Of a stretch of DNA of 64,000 nucleotides, positions 1-12,798 are shown piece after piece. The notes under the pieces were generated by a model. The model was not told the origin of the DNA. It did no database searches and was given only the letters and a program-made list of their open reading frames with translations. The position numbers were made by a program, and so were the translations under genes. This DNA comes from Eledone cirrhosa (lineage: Eukaryota), in contig OZ024742.1 of the NCBI GenBank assembly GCA_964016885.1, positions 272,366,001 to 272,430,000 on the forward strand, given 5' to 3'. Each line of letters begins with the position of its first letter. The stretch's first letter is position 1.

Positions 1-1560
1 ACTACATCATATGTTGAAGTACCAAAACCGACAGATTTAAAATGACGCCCAACTGTTGCTGGTCCTGCCTCAAGCACACTAAGCAACCTATTAGACATCA
101 TACTGAAACCCTTATGCAAAAAGTGCCAAGCCTCATCAAATATGATATGGAATTCTTGAACTATATCTCCCAGAAATTACACCAAGAAACAATCTTAGTC
201 AGCTTTGACGTAACAAGCTTATATACTAACATCCCACACGACTTAGGAGATGAAACTGTTGACTTCTGGATTACAAAACATCCAGACAACATTTCAGAGA
301 GATTCCCCAAACAATTTATTTTGGATGGACTCAAACTTGTACTGGATAACAACCACTTCCTTTTTGATAAAGGAACGGCCATGGGTACCAAAGTGGCCCC
401 AAAATAGGCAACACACGTTATGGGTAACCAGGAGGCAAAATTACATTCCAAACTGCGGGAAACAATCAGTCATAACTTCGTCACCTACATTAATCATAAC
501 TAGAAAAGCTACCTAGACGACTGCTGCATAATCTGGAATAGAAGCCAAGAAGACCTGCAAAGGATCCATTCCATCATAAACAATCCTCTCGAAAAATAAA
601 ATTCACCATGGAATGTAATAAAAAGGAACTACCCTTTCTGGATATCCTTGTCATTAAGGAATGGGAAAATATCAAAACGAACTTGTTTTACAAACCAACA
701 GACACACAAATACTTGAATTTCCGTTCAGCACACCCATTACATACCAAAAGGAACATTCCTTTTAACATGGTAATACACATCTGCACCATAGTAACACAC
801 CCCACACTATAGGAAAAAATATTATATGAATTAAAAGAGTTTCTTAGGAGACAGGAATATCCGGTGAACCTCATCAATACAGCAATCTCCAAAGCCCAAG
901 ACATCCCAGTGACAACACTGAGAAAAACAAAGTAACATAATAGAATGGAAAACAGTTATCCCTTTTGTCATCGCTCACAATCCAAGGAACTTCAACATTG
1001 TAAAAGTCGCCAATCAATATCTCCCTATTATCCAGCAGTCCCCTAAAATGAATGCACACATAAAAGACGCACACATTATATATATTAGACGCCAAGCACC
1101 CAACCTAAAGAAACTGCTTACCAAGGCAAAATTTGCGTATAATAATGAAGCAATGCAAGTTAAGAAATGCGGGGACTCTCGATTCAGAATTTGCGAACTC
1201 TTTGAAGAGGGTGGACAACTCTCCTTTAAAAACAACCAGTCTTTCACACTTAATGCAAACATGAACTGCAAAACAAAAAAATTAGTTTACTGTGCAACCT
1301 GCCCACAATGTAAAGAATACTACATTGGGGAAACCAGAACGGGACTACATAACAAAGTTCGAGTACATATACAACAAATTAGAGACTCCTCTGTCAGAAA
1401 CACCACATGCAGTGAACACTTCGCTACATGCGGAAATGGACATTTCACAATTTTCCCCTTCTTTAAGATATGGTCGGACAACGAACACTTCCCAAAATAT
1501 AGAGAAAAATTATTTATTAGCAAATACAAACCACTACTGAACACAAAAAAAGTGATATTC
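1..1560 (+). pseudogene. PLE reverse transcriptase + GIY-YIG endonuclease, disrupted
   Basis: ORF pieces 42-407 and 1048-1692 carry RT and GIY-YIG motifs separated by stops and frameshifts. Confidence 0.85.
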
Positions 1561-1574
1561 CATCTTCAAGCAAC

Positions 1575-1981
1575 GGGATTCTCCCGCTTTCTTTTCTATA
1601 AAATAATCTCATATTGGAAAAGAAAAATAATTGATGACACCCGTAATTTCAAACATTCGATCGCAGAAGAAAAATCCTCAGAGGTACAATAACATTTCTA
1701 TCATTTCCCCTTCCCCACACCAATGTATATATGAACTTAAACACTTGTATAGATGTGTTTTTTTTTATTTATGTGTCTGTAGGTATACAGATATATGTGT
1801 ACATGTTTATGTGTATGTGTGCATATGTGTTTGTATATTTATATGTATGTATGCACGTGCTTATGTGTGAGATAGATATGTGTGAGATGAGTGTATATAT
1901 ATGTATGTGTATGTGTATATGTATATGTGGATATATGTATAATATATTTATATGTATATATATATATGTATATGTAAAAAG

Positions 1982-2012
<31 letters not shown>

Positions 2013-2099
2013 GTGCTTATGTGTGAGATAAATGTGTGTATATATATGTATGTGGATGTGTATATGTACGTGTGGATATATGTATAATATATTTATATG

Positions 2100-2134
<35 letters not shown>

Positions 2135-2160
2135 GTATATGTAAAAAGTATATATTTATA

Positions 2161-2218
<58 letters not shown>

Positions 2219-2899
2219 CCTGTGTATATATATATGTGTGTGTGTGTATGTTTATATATAACATATATATATGTGTGTATATGTGTGTGTAGGTATGAGT
2301 GTGTGTATATATGTATATATATATATATGTGTATATATATATGTGTGTGTGTATGTGTGTATGTGTGTGTACGTATATGTATATATATATATATGTATGT
2401 CTGTATGTGTTCATATGTGTGTGTATGTGTATGCGTTTGTATGTAATATATATGAACTGTAGATATATATATAGTTATAGGGAAGTGAATATTTGAGCCA
2501 GTATGTCCCCCTCCTCACACTCCTGTCCCAAACCAATATCAACAATACATATTTCATCTTAAAATAACTGGATTCTCTCCCCTTTCTCTTTTTTGTAAAA
2601 AAATCTCATATTGAAAAACAAAAATATCGAAATAGAACTTGATTACACCCGCACTTTCAAACATACGATCGTTGACGAACAGAAAAACCCTCGACGTTCA
2701 CTAACATTTCATTAATTCCCCCTTCCCCACGCCAATGTATACGTGAACTTAAATACTTGAGTAGATGTGTGTACAAATATGTGTGTGTAGATGTGTTTGT
2801 ATGTATACCTGTAGGTGTACAGGTATGTGTATATGTATGTGTGCATATGTGAGTGTATATATAAATATATGTGTAATTATGTGCGTGGGTGTGTGTATG

Positions 2900-2959
<60 letters not shown>

Positions 2960-3335
2960 CACATACCTACGCACATAATTACACATATATTATATATACA
3001 CTCATGTTTGTGTGTGTGTGTGTTTATAAGTATGTGTTTCTACGTATGTATGTACATATATGTGTGGGTGTGTGTATTTAGGTAAGTGTATATATATATT
3101 TATGCATATGTATGTATACATGTCTATATATATATATACTTGTGTGTGTGCGTGTATGTGTGTATATATGTGTGTATTTCAGTGTGTGTATGTGTGTGCG
3201 TGTGTGTTGGTGTGTATGTATGTAATATATGGGCTGTAAGTACATTCATGTATAGGGAATTGAATATGTGAGCTAAAATGCCCCCGCCCCCATTCACTTC
3301 CCCTCCCAAACCAATATCGACAACATACATTTCTG
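1575..3335 (+). repeat. Diverged tandem duplication (about 1575-2555 and about 2570-3335), each copy filled with (TA)/(TG) microsatellite
   Basis: Shared start (ggattctc...tctcatattg...cacccg...ttccccac.ccaatgtat) and shared end (tatagggaa.tgaatat.tgagc...cccaaaccaatatc.acaa). Confidence 0.8.
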
Positions 3336-3823
3336 ACAAATATTCTTAAACTATCCTTATTCTTCTCTTTGCTGTGATCCCATTCTTATCAAAAGACATG
3401 TATCTTACACCTCATTAACCAGACTCGCACCTAAATTCATCTTCAAATTGTTGAAGATATTCTTTATAAATTTAAGTGATTTATTCAGCTATAAGAAACG
3501 AATTTGAAAAACATCATGACATTATATTCATCAAAGTTCATTTATTGAAATGGAACCAGCAGGAGGTGATTTTTACAGGACCTTTCTTAAACACTCCCTT
3601 CCCATTATCTTCGTGGTGCAACATTCACCATTTTCTTTCTATATATGTATATGTGTGGCGTATGTTGGTGTGTAGTGTGTGTGCGTTTGCGTACTTTAAA
3701 TCTTCATCAACACTCCTACACTGCCACACTCATTAACACCACACTCCACCCCAGACCCGTCCAAATCTCTCTTATATATAGAGTCGCACATCACAACACA
3801 ACCTGATCAGAGTTTGACTTTCG

Positions 3824-3866
3824 CTATCGAAGATGCGAGAATGTTCTCCAGGAAAGTTAACCGGGT
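3824..3866 (+). ncRNA. Degenerate hammerhead ribozyme remnant in the PLE 3' region
   Basis: tCGAAGA-TGCGAGA-atgt-TCTC.CA-gGAAA-GTTAAC: stem II and a palindromic stem III are present, but the core is mutated. Confidence 0.3.
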
Positions 3867-4021
3867 ATCTTTAAAAATCTTCCCACCGAAGTTAACAAAT
3901 ACCTTACTAGATCTACCAACGCATAATATTATAATATAATACGATTAAATCAATTTGTTTAGAGCTACAAGTGAAATCATTATTTTCCTTTTATCAAATA
4001 CACCTAACTGTATATATACAT

Positions 4022-4099
<78 letters not shown>

Positions 4100-4180
4100 T
4101 CGGTCCTCAATGTTTACCATTGACTGACCAACGATACAAAATACAGATATAATATAGATATAAACACATATATATATAGT

Positions 4181-4223
4181 CTAAGAAAGTTATTTCGTTG
4201 GAGATATGCAACATCGTCAGTGG
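4181..4223 (-). ncRNA. Partial hammerhead ribozyme in the PLE 3' end
   Basis: Minus strand CTGACGA-T-GTTG-catatctc-CAAC-GAAA; stems I and III pair poorly. Confidence 0.45.
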
Positions 4224-5359
4224 TGCAATTATGTTCATCCTGTTGTATTGTATATTTACGCCATCTTTATTTTATCTGTTCTTCTATTTATTTTTATATT
4301 TATTTATTTATATTTATATTAAGTGAATATTGTTTGTTTGGGTTTTGTTATTCCATTCATTTTTTTCTGTTTAGGTTTGGCCTTCTAAGTTCTATTTCAC
4401 TTGCCTCTCTGATTTGCCCATCTGCTGGGTCATTTCTATGTTTAGATAAATTTTAATTTCTATGTTGTCTATGTTACCGTCATTTTGTTGTCTGGCGTGT
4501 TCGTATAGTACCGAACCGGTTTTTCGTCCTTTTAGCAAGTGTTGGTCTATCCCTTCACCTATGCTACGAACTGTCGCGCCTATGTATGTTGTTGTCATGT
4601 TTCTGCAAGTACCCTCTGTACATCTTATGCTATAGACTATGTTTCTAGTTTTACAGTTTCTCGGGGGATTACTTTACATATATTACAATTCCTATTAGTA
4701 CAATGAGTATCCTTAAAAGTGTATGTTTTGCTGATCAGAGATTTTATGGTAGTTCCTGGTTGTTCTACCACCTTAATCTTAAGTGTGTCTTTATCGGGGC
4801 CTTTCTACACTGGTTAGCTAGTTTCCCTCCATAGGTAGCGTCTACGAACCCCATACAAGTGTGGTATGTCATTGCTAGATGCCTGGAAGTTGTTGGCAGT
4901 GCGTGTGCTTGGCTTTAGGATCTCGGTCCACATCATCATGTAAGCGTTGAGGATTATCTCCCCCTCATGTGTTTGTTGTGTAATTTCGCTCGTGTTGGTG
5001 TTGTGGGGTTGCATAGCCTTGATGTAGATCGACATGCTGTTTATTGACATCCTACCAGACTTATCGATGGGCAGACATACAACCTCACCATCCCTTGTGC
5101 GCTGCTTGAGGCCAACTAAACCTACTACAGGTTTCCTTCCAAGTTGTTGGATCTTTGGTCTGCTTTGTTTCTTAATATGTCGGTCTACTATTTGTCTAAT
5201 CTTATTTCTGGCTATGGTGAACTGTGCCCCTATCTCGTCATCTATTTGTAGTTGTATACAAACCCTTTTATTAAAGGTTAACCTCGTAGGATAAATTTTA
5301 ATCATTTTATATGTTTTGACAGCTGGATTGAAGAATAGTTTCTCTAAGGGGTTGTCATT

Positions 5360-5535
5360 GAATTGGCATTATCGGTAGAGGGTCGGACATGCTTTCCAGC
5401 ATATTTACGTCCCTTTACAATCTGAGTTCAAATCCCGCCGAGGTTAACTTTGCCTTTCATCCATACGGGTCAATAAAATAAAATACCAGTAATGTAGTGG
5501 ATATTTGCTGGCCTTGTGCCAAAAGTAGAAACAGT
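5360..5535 (+). mobile_element. tRNA-derived SINE (cephalopod-type)
   Basis: A-box-like TGGCATTATCGG, B-box GTTCAAATCC, central gttaactttgcctttcatcc...ataaaataaa.taccagt, tail gtagaaaca. Confidence 0.8.
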
Positions 5536-5608
5536 TATGTCTATCGTCATAGTTATGTGTGTTACTATTATTGTTATTATGGTTTGTGTTGTTCCTACCA
5601 TTAACATT

Positions 5609-5785
5609 GGCGATGGATTGGCAGTATCGGTAGAGGGTCTTTGCAGCAAAGAGTTACGGCCCTTTATGATCTGAGTTCAAATCCCGCCGAGGTTAACTTT
5701 GCCTTTCATCCTTACGGGGTCGATAAAATAAAGTACCAGTAATACACTGGAATAATTGCTGGCCTTGTGCCAAGAGTAGAAACAT
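5609..5785 (+). mobile_element. tRNA-derived SINE
   Basis: Same family: A/B boxes, central domain and ATT tail. Confidence 0.85.
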
Positions 5786-5982
5786 TATTATTAATGTTAT
5801 GATTGGTAGATGTATTGTTGTTATGATTGTTAGATGTATCGTTGTTGTTTTCTCTATTGTTATTGTTGTTGTTACTGTTATTTCCACCATTGTGGTTATT
5901 ACTTTTATTATTATGTTTCTTGTTTTGGTTGTTGCTGTTGTTGTTGTGTCTATCATTAATGTTGCTACTCGTATTATTTCCA

Positions 5983-6066
5983 TTCATCCTTACGGGGTCG
6001 ATAAAATAAAGTACCAGTAATACACTGGGTAATTTTCAGGCCTTGTGCCTAAAGTAGAAACAATTA
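5983..6066 (+). mobile_element. SINE 3' fragment
   Basis: ttcatccttacggggtcgataaaataaagtaccagt...gtagaaacaatt. Confidence 0.8.
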
Positions 6067-7399
6067 TTACTACTGTGGTTGTCTTTGTTGTTGTGTCTAT
6101 CATTAACGTTGTTACTCGTATTATTTCCATTATTACTACTGTGGTTGTTGTTGTTGTGTATGTCGTTAATGTTTCCATTATTATTATTGTGGTTGTTGTT
6201 GTTGTTCTGTCTATCGTTAATATTACTACCACTATTATTACTAGTATTTCTCACTCTCCTGCTATTGTCATTGTTATGACTATTACTATTATAGCTGTAA
6301 TTTATATACTCAGAGTTGTTGTCCGTATAGTTGTTGTTGTTTATTTTCGCATTCCAACGTATTTTTGTGAAACACTTTTCCAGACCCGTTTTACACTCGA
6401 TTGGATTTATATTTTTGTAGATAGCAAATGTCGGGGCGATTTGTAGAGCCTGTTGTTCTTGTTCACTGATTAAATTGTTCCCATAAATATTTATTGTATG
6501 GTATATGGTAAATTCTTCCGGCAATGCCACGTCTGTCATATGGATATTGTTGAAGTTATCTGGTTATTTTTGTAAATTATCTATTTTCATTTATTGTTCT
6601 TTCTTCTTCATCCATCCTAATTTCTTATTGAAATGTCTATTGCATTTGTTTTGAGTATATTTTGTTTCACGTCGAATGACGCCCATGAGTTCATCTATCT
6701 CGTTTGGTGTGGTGAGATTTTGAACTTCCTTAACCTTAACGCGTTTCTGTTTGTAAATTTCGTTAACTTTTGTAAATGTTATTAATTTCATATTGACTGT
6801 TAATGTGTGTTTTAGTCGTTCAGCTTGTGTTTTGTTTAATAATAAATTATTTACTTGTTTTGATATGTTTGTTGTGTATATTTTGAAGGAAACACAGTGT
6901 TTTAAGAAGCGAATTTGTTCTGTTGTTATTGTAGTTTTTTATATAACCGAAAACAGTGTCTTTCAATAACCTTTCAGCTTGGTACGAGCTAATGCCATGA
7001 TGGCGTTGAATTTGTTTTGCGAGGTTTTTGATATGAAATCGTGTGTCGAAACAAATATTGTTATACTTGAGGAGGGTCATATTGTTGTAATAATATTGCC
7101 AGAATTAATAACATGTTTGGTTGGTTTACGCTTCTATATCTTTTATATCAGTTAATGTATTCGGTCCTCAATGTTTACTATTGACCATATATATTAATGA
7201 TTTTTCTTAATAGAAAAAAAAAAATTCAAAAGAGAAAAGTTTCGCTCTACATGGCTGAATTCAATAAATGTAATCTGAGTTTTTCGAATATTAATAAGAA
7301 CATTCGATTCGTTTGCAATTATGCAAACAAACCTCATCTGTATAGACATGTCAGTAAAATGAACTCTTCATTCTTGCTCTTGTGTTGGCATGTACACAT

Positions 7400-7448
7400 A
7401 ACTGCAGACACTAATGTTTCTGGGTATCACCCTTCATCAGTACAGCTC
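7400..7448 (-). ncRNA. Type I hammerhead ribozyme
   Basis: GAGCTGTA-CTGATGA-A-GGGT-gat-ACCC-A-GAAA-CAttagTG-TC-TGCAGTT: stems I, II and III and a GUC triplet. Confidence 0.85.
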
Positions 7449-7514
7449 ACTGTTCACCTGCCAACTGTCACAGCTAGTGAAAATATATGCTATTTTCTAA
7501 AATATACAGTGACT

Positions 7515-7613
7515 GATCGGCCTGATTTGTATATTAGCAGATTGGCAGATCAGTCAGATCTCCATATTAGCAGATCCACTCATCAGCCAGATGTTCATAT
7601 CAGCAGACTGGCC
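7515..7613. repeat. Three diverged 33-bp tandem repeats
   Basis: Units start at 7515, 7548 and 7581; core gat...atat.agcaga. Confidence 0.75.
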
Positions 7614-7855
7614 AGTCAATTTCCCGTATACGAGCGATAAATGAACGGCATTGCCACATTAAAAAAAAAAGAAAATGTTCACTCTACATGGATGAATACA
7701 ATAAATGTAATCTGAGTTCTTCGAATATTAATAATAACATTCGATTCGTTTGCAATTATGCAATCAAGTCTAATTTGTATAGCCATGTCAGTAGAATGAA
7801 CTCTTCATTATTGTTCTTGTGTTGGCATAGCTCTGACAGTTGGCAGGTGAACAGT

Positions 7856-7905
7856 GAGCTGTACTGACGAAGTTTGATACCCAGAAACATTAGTGTCTGC
7901 AGTTC
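7856..7905 (+). ncRNA. Type I hammerhead ribozyme (inverted copy, stem II weakened)
   Basis: GAGCTGTA-CTGACGA-AGTTTGATACCCA-GAAA-CATTAGTG-TC-TGCAGTTC; 8-bp stem I including G.U pairs. Confidence 0.75.
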
Positions 7906-8527
7906 TGTGTACATGCCACAAGAGCAAGAATGAAGAGTCCATTCTACTGACATGGCTATTAAAATGAGGCTGTTTACATAATTGCAAATGAATCGAATAT
8001 TATTATTAATATTCGAAAAAGTCAGATTACAAAAAAAAAAAAGATTAAATAGATTTTTGAAATATACTTTTATTATAGATAGAAAGATACGGAGCTTAGC
8101 GTTCTTTTGAAAATTAGCTTTGTTTACGAACAACGGTTAATTTGAAAATTAGATATGAAATAGAGCTTACATTGTATTTTTGTCTAAGTAAATTAGCCTA
8201 ATAGTTGGAATTATAAAAAAAACCCAGATTGGAAAAAGGATGTACATGAGACACGAATCCACATATTTGGCTATTATGACCACTGTGCAATCCATTACAC
8301 CAATACGTTACCCAACAAATGTCCAATGAATTTGAAGCTATATAATCATAGCGTATGAAAACATATATATAGAGAGAGACAGAGCTTAGCTATTTGTTTC
8401 GATTTAAAAAAATATATTTTCATATTTAAAATGTGTTATAATTGCTTATATTTTATATATATATATTCCTTATATAATTCCAATATTTTTATATTATTTA
8501 AAGCTCTTAAATTAATATACTTTATAG

Positions 8528-8720
8528 GGCGGTGGATTGGCATTATCGGTAGAGAGTCGGACACCATGCTTTGAAGCATAGAGTTACGTCCCTTTATGAT
8601 CTGAGTTCAAATCCTGCCGAGGTTAACTTTGCCTTTCATCCTTACGGGGTCGATAAAATAAAGTACCAGTAGTGGACTGAGTAATTGCCGGCCTTGTGCC
8701 AAAACGTAGAAACAATTATT
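8528..8720 (+). mobile_element. tRNA-derived SINE, full length
   Basis: GGCGGTGGATTGGCATTATCGG...GAGTTCAAATCC...central domain...gtagaaacaattatt. Confidence 0.85.
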
Positions 8721-9585
8721 TACATGTTATCCCCTTATAATTTTGCCTATCATGGTTCAGCCTATACACTATATTATTTTACTTTATGTGTAAGATTATA
8801 TGTCTGGGTGTGCAGAGTTATATATGGACGTATCTGTCTACGTGCATGTATGTGTGCGTGTATACTCATGTGTGTGTGTGTATACATATGTTTCAAGCAT
8901 AATGTTTAAATAATAGGTATTATGGGGTCGACATCACCAATGGTTTTGTTGTTGTTGCTATATTCGATGCTGTCGAAATAATATGCGTAGCTGTCTGTAC
9001 ATGTGGATGTATGTGGAAATATATATATATATCTAACTATGATATGTGAATCTGCGTATGTATATAAACTTGTAGATGTGTATATGTGGGTTATGTATCT
9101 GTATGTATATATAAGTGCAGGGGAATGCATTACATTATATTCTAGCACCATTAACATCACCTTAAATACTATAAACATCGCTCACTTTGCTCTTATTGTT
9201 GTTAATGCTGTTTTTTGTCTCGGTAGCGTTGACTCGGTGGTCCAGGCTGAACAGATATCATAAGACTGAAACAATAATTCTAACTACCTATATCTCCAGA
9301 CATAACGACGCCTGTCCAAAAAAGAAATACCTAAAGAATGTGGATGAATCGATAGACCACATACCGAGCGTGGCCACACACCAGTCAAAAACTAGAAAAT
9401 TATTTAAGACCAGACTAACCAATCAGTAAACTAATACATACACTACTAAAACCTAACACACGGGATGTTTGCACCAATGATTGCGTAAGCATCTGATCAA
9501 GCCACATGAATAAGAATATAATAGAAATATATATAATGCAATAAATAATTAGGGTGATTTCATACCCTCTTAACTACCATTATAT

Positions 9586-9768
9586 GATTGGCAGTATCGG
9601 TAGAGAGTCGGAGACCATGCTTTGAAGCATAGTGTTACGCCCTTTATGATCTCAGTTCAAATCTTGCCGAAGTTAACTTTGCCTTTCATCCTTGCGGGGT
9701 CGATAAAATAAAGAACCAGTAATGTACTGGGTATTTGCTGGCCTCGTTCCTAAAATAGAAACAATTAT
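9586..9768 (+). mobile_element. tRNA-derived SINE
   Basis: Same family, A/B boxes and central domain. Confidence 0.85.
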
Positions 9769-9780
9769 ATGATATATATA

Positions 9781-10652
<872 letters not shown>

Positions 10653-11228
10653 CTATATAAATCGCAACTGCTGTCCGTATGTAATCAGTTGGCATCTAAA
10701 CCAGCGATCCGGTCCTGATAAAAATTCACAGACATGTTAAGCTAACGTTCAGAAACAGGTCTGGCTCATTGGATTCCTATAATAATAATTAATGGAACCA
10801 CTGGGGACATTAAACCCCACTTCCACTATTCCCCTTCCTCCTCCTACAATTCAGTCCTCCAGAACGCGGCAACAACTTATTTGTTTTTTGTTCTTCATTC
10901 TGTAGAGAAAGAGAGAGGGGGAGGGGATGAGAGAGAGGAGATAAGGGAGAAAGAGAGGATAAGAGAGAGAGGAGGGTGAGAGAGAGATTGGATAAAAAAA
11001 ATAGAGAGAGAGAGAGCCAAAGAAAGAGAGAGGGGGGATTAGGAAAGAGAAAGAAAGAAAACAGAAAAATGATAGCATAGTTCGATAACTAACTTTTATT
11101 TATTTTTTAAACTCTTCTTAACTAACTTCTTTCTTAACTTTACTTCCCTTTCTCTCTCCCTTTCACTAATGTCGCAATGAGACTGTGTGTGTATGTGAGC
11201 GTGTGTATGTGTGTGTCTGTCAGTCTGT

Positions 11229-11260
<32 letters not shown>

Positions 11261-12202
11261 ATTTATCACTGTACTTAATTTAGATATATATATATACCGG
11301 TCTACTGTCTCATCTGTATATATATATATATGAAGCAAAAGGTAAGGTTGTATGTGACAACGCGATCTACTAGACATATTAGCAAAATCCATTTCAACAG
11401 CGAACAGTCATACACACACATACACACACACACATCCATGTGTGTGTATGTATGTCATGGAAGCCACTATAACTGTTCGTGTACCTAAAAGAAATAGAAA
11501 ACAAATCTCCCTCAAACAAGATCCTACTGCCATAGAGGTAAAAGTTGGTGAAAGCTAGAGTGTAAACATTTTAATTTACCCAGGATCTGCCGCACTTTGG
11601 GCCAAGGAGCGTAAACTCTCCAAATGTCGGTGACTCTCTGACAGGTTTGTTGTTGAGCCCATAACAATGGAGACTTCTGGTGCCCTTGGCTCTAGGGCTA
11701 CCTCCCAAATCACCACAAGGTGAGGAGAGATGGAGGCAGTGAAAGTGGGAATTTGGTTCCTGGTGTATATGTATATATTTACTACACATGCACACATTTA
11801 AATAAACTTTCCTGAATTACAGAAATGAGTAAGTATATTCTTCATTCATTCCTGAACCAATGGTAATTTTTTTTTTTTTTTTTTTCATCTGATTGTGCAA
11901 AAAAAAAGGATAAGTAAAATCTTAATTTATTTTTTTGGCATTGCCCTTTTCACTGACAACGTACCTAATGATTCTTCCAAGTGCGAAGCATTATATATGC
12001 TAACTGTAATAGAAAGCAGTATTTTAAAAAATCACAACTGGACAAAATTAATAATATTTTTATCTGCATGATTTGCTTTAAATAAACGGCAATAAATATT
12101 CCTCTATAATTCCTACTTTAGTTAAAATTCAGCAATCCTATTTCAATGGTCAACTATTGTAACATTAATAAAATACTCGGGAATCAACGGGTAGATCAGT
12201 AA

Positions 12203-12240
<38 letters not shown>

Positions 12241-12760
12241 CCTTAATCATTTTGTTGAGCTGACTCCAACAACAACACCACTACCAACATAAGAATAGAG
12301 GTCAGATGTACCTAACAATAACATGGAACAACAACTACAGATTGGCTTGCCTCAGAACGAATTTCTATAGACTTTTGACTGAGGAATGTTCTAACAACTG
12401 ACTAATGAGAGGAGAAGAGGCCTTTGACGCTGAAATTCGTTTGTTTAAATTCACATGATTCCAGTTCCTCAGTGAAATATCAACCCAACCAGGAACTGGG
12501 CATATCAGAGTATTGACAAAGTTAAACACCTTAACAACATGTGTAATCGTCTCTACCACACTAATCCGGACTGCCTGAAGAGGTCACAGCCAAAGATGGC
12601 TGTCACCGAAATATATATAGCAGTAATAAACGAAGCCACATTTTAAATATTTGACTTATTTTATTTTATTTTACATTACTACGGAGTAACCTAACCAACC
12701 TGTCCACGTCGAGTGCACCAGTCTGCATACTGATGTGTTGGTATACAACCAACATATACT
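12241..12760 (+). mobile_element. Solo PLE pseudo-LTR / HHR unit flanked by (TA)n
   Basis: Non-coding segment between two TA tracts, carrying an intact HHR followed directly by AATAAA. Confidence 0.6.
12570..12624 (+). ncRNA. Type I hammerhead ribozyme, intact
   Basis: ACTGC-CTGAAGA-GGTCACAGCCA-aaga-TGGCTGTCACC-GAAA-TATATA-TA-GCAGT; predicted cleavage after 12619; AATAAA at 12625-12630. Confidence 0.92.
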
Positions 12761-12798
12761 TATATATATATATATATATATAAGTATATGTTGGTTGT

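Larger units (their letters stand above)
1..4010 (+). mobile_element. Degenerate Penelope-like element (Neptune-like), cut by window start, with long 3' UTR ending in (TA)n
   Basis: RT motifs in fragmented ORFs (LVSFDVTSLYTNIPH, GTAMGTKVAP, YLDD near 510, LPFLDI, FYKPTD). GIY-YIG domain with upstream Cys motifs (KCGDSR.RIC, NCKTKKLVYCATCPQCKEYYIGET) in ORF 1048-1692. Many stops and frameshifts. Confidence 0.85.
4099..7186 (-). mobile_element. Internally deleted Penelope-like element (N-terminal region and GIY-YIG kept, RT core missing)
   Basis: Terminal direct repeat of about 28 bp (tattcggtcctcaatgtttac.attgac at about 4097 and about 7158), TA-rich flanks. PLE N-terminal motifs (ALQIAPTFAI, CLPIDKSG, IPHLYG) and GIY-YIG (NCKTRNIVY...TYIGATVRSI...SVLYEH). 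Confidence 0.75.
7213..8035 (-). mobile_element. Non-coding HHR-containing retrozyme-like / mini-PLE insertion (437-bp monomer + partial direct copy + inverted copy)
   Basis: 7661-7827 repeats 7215-7390 (ctctac at 7245 and 7682); 7828-8035 is the reverse complement of about 7268-7477; HHR present in both orientations. Confidence 0.7.

Noticed and set aside
1731-3339. Many YI/CV/HT-rich ORFs (also near 50-53 kb)
   Set aside because: Translations of (TA)n/(TG)n microsatellites
7515-7613. CRISPR-like array
   Set aside because: Contiguous tandem units with no unique spacers, in a eukaryotic context
8528-8620. tRNA gene
   Set aside because: The A/B boxes belong to a SINE head; there is no cloverleaf and the sequence continues into the SINE body
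10800-12200. Host gene exon
   Set aside because: No recognisable protein similarity or convincing splice-bounded ORF; mostly simple repeats and repeat remnants
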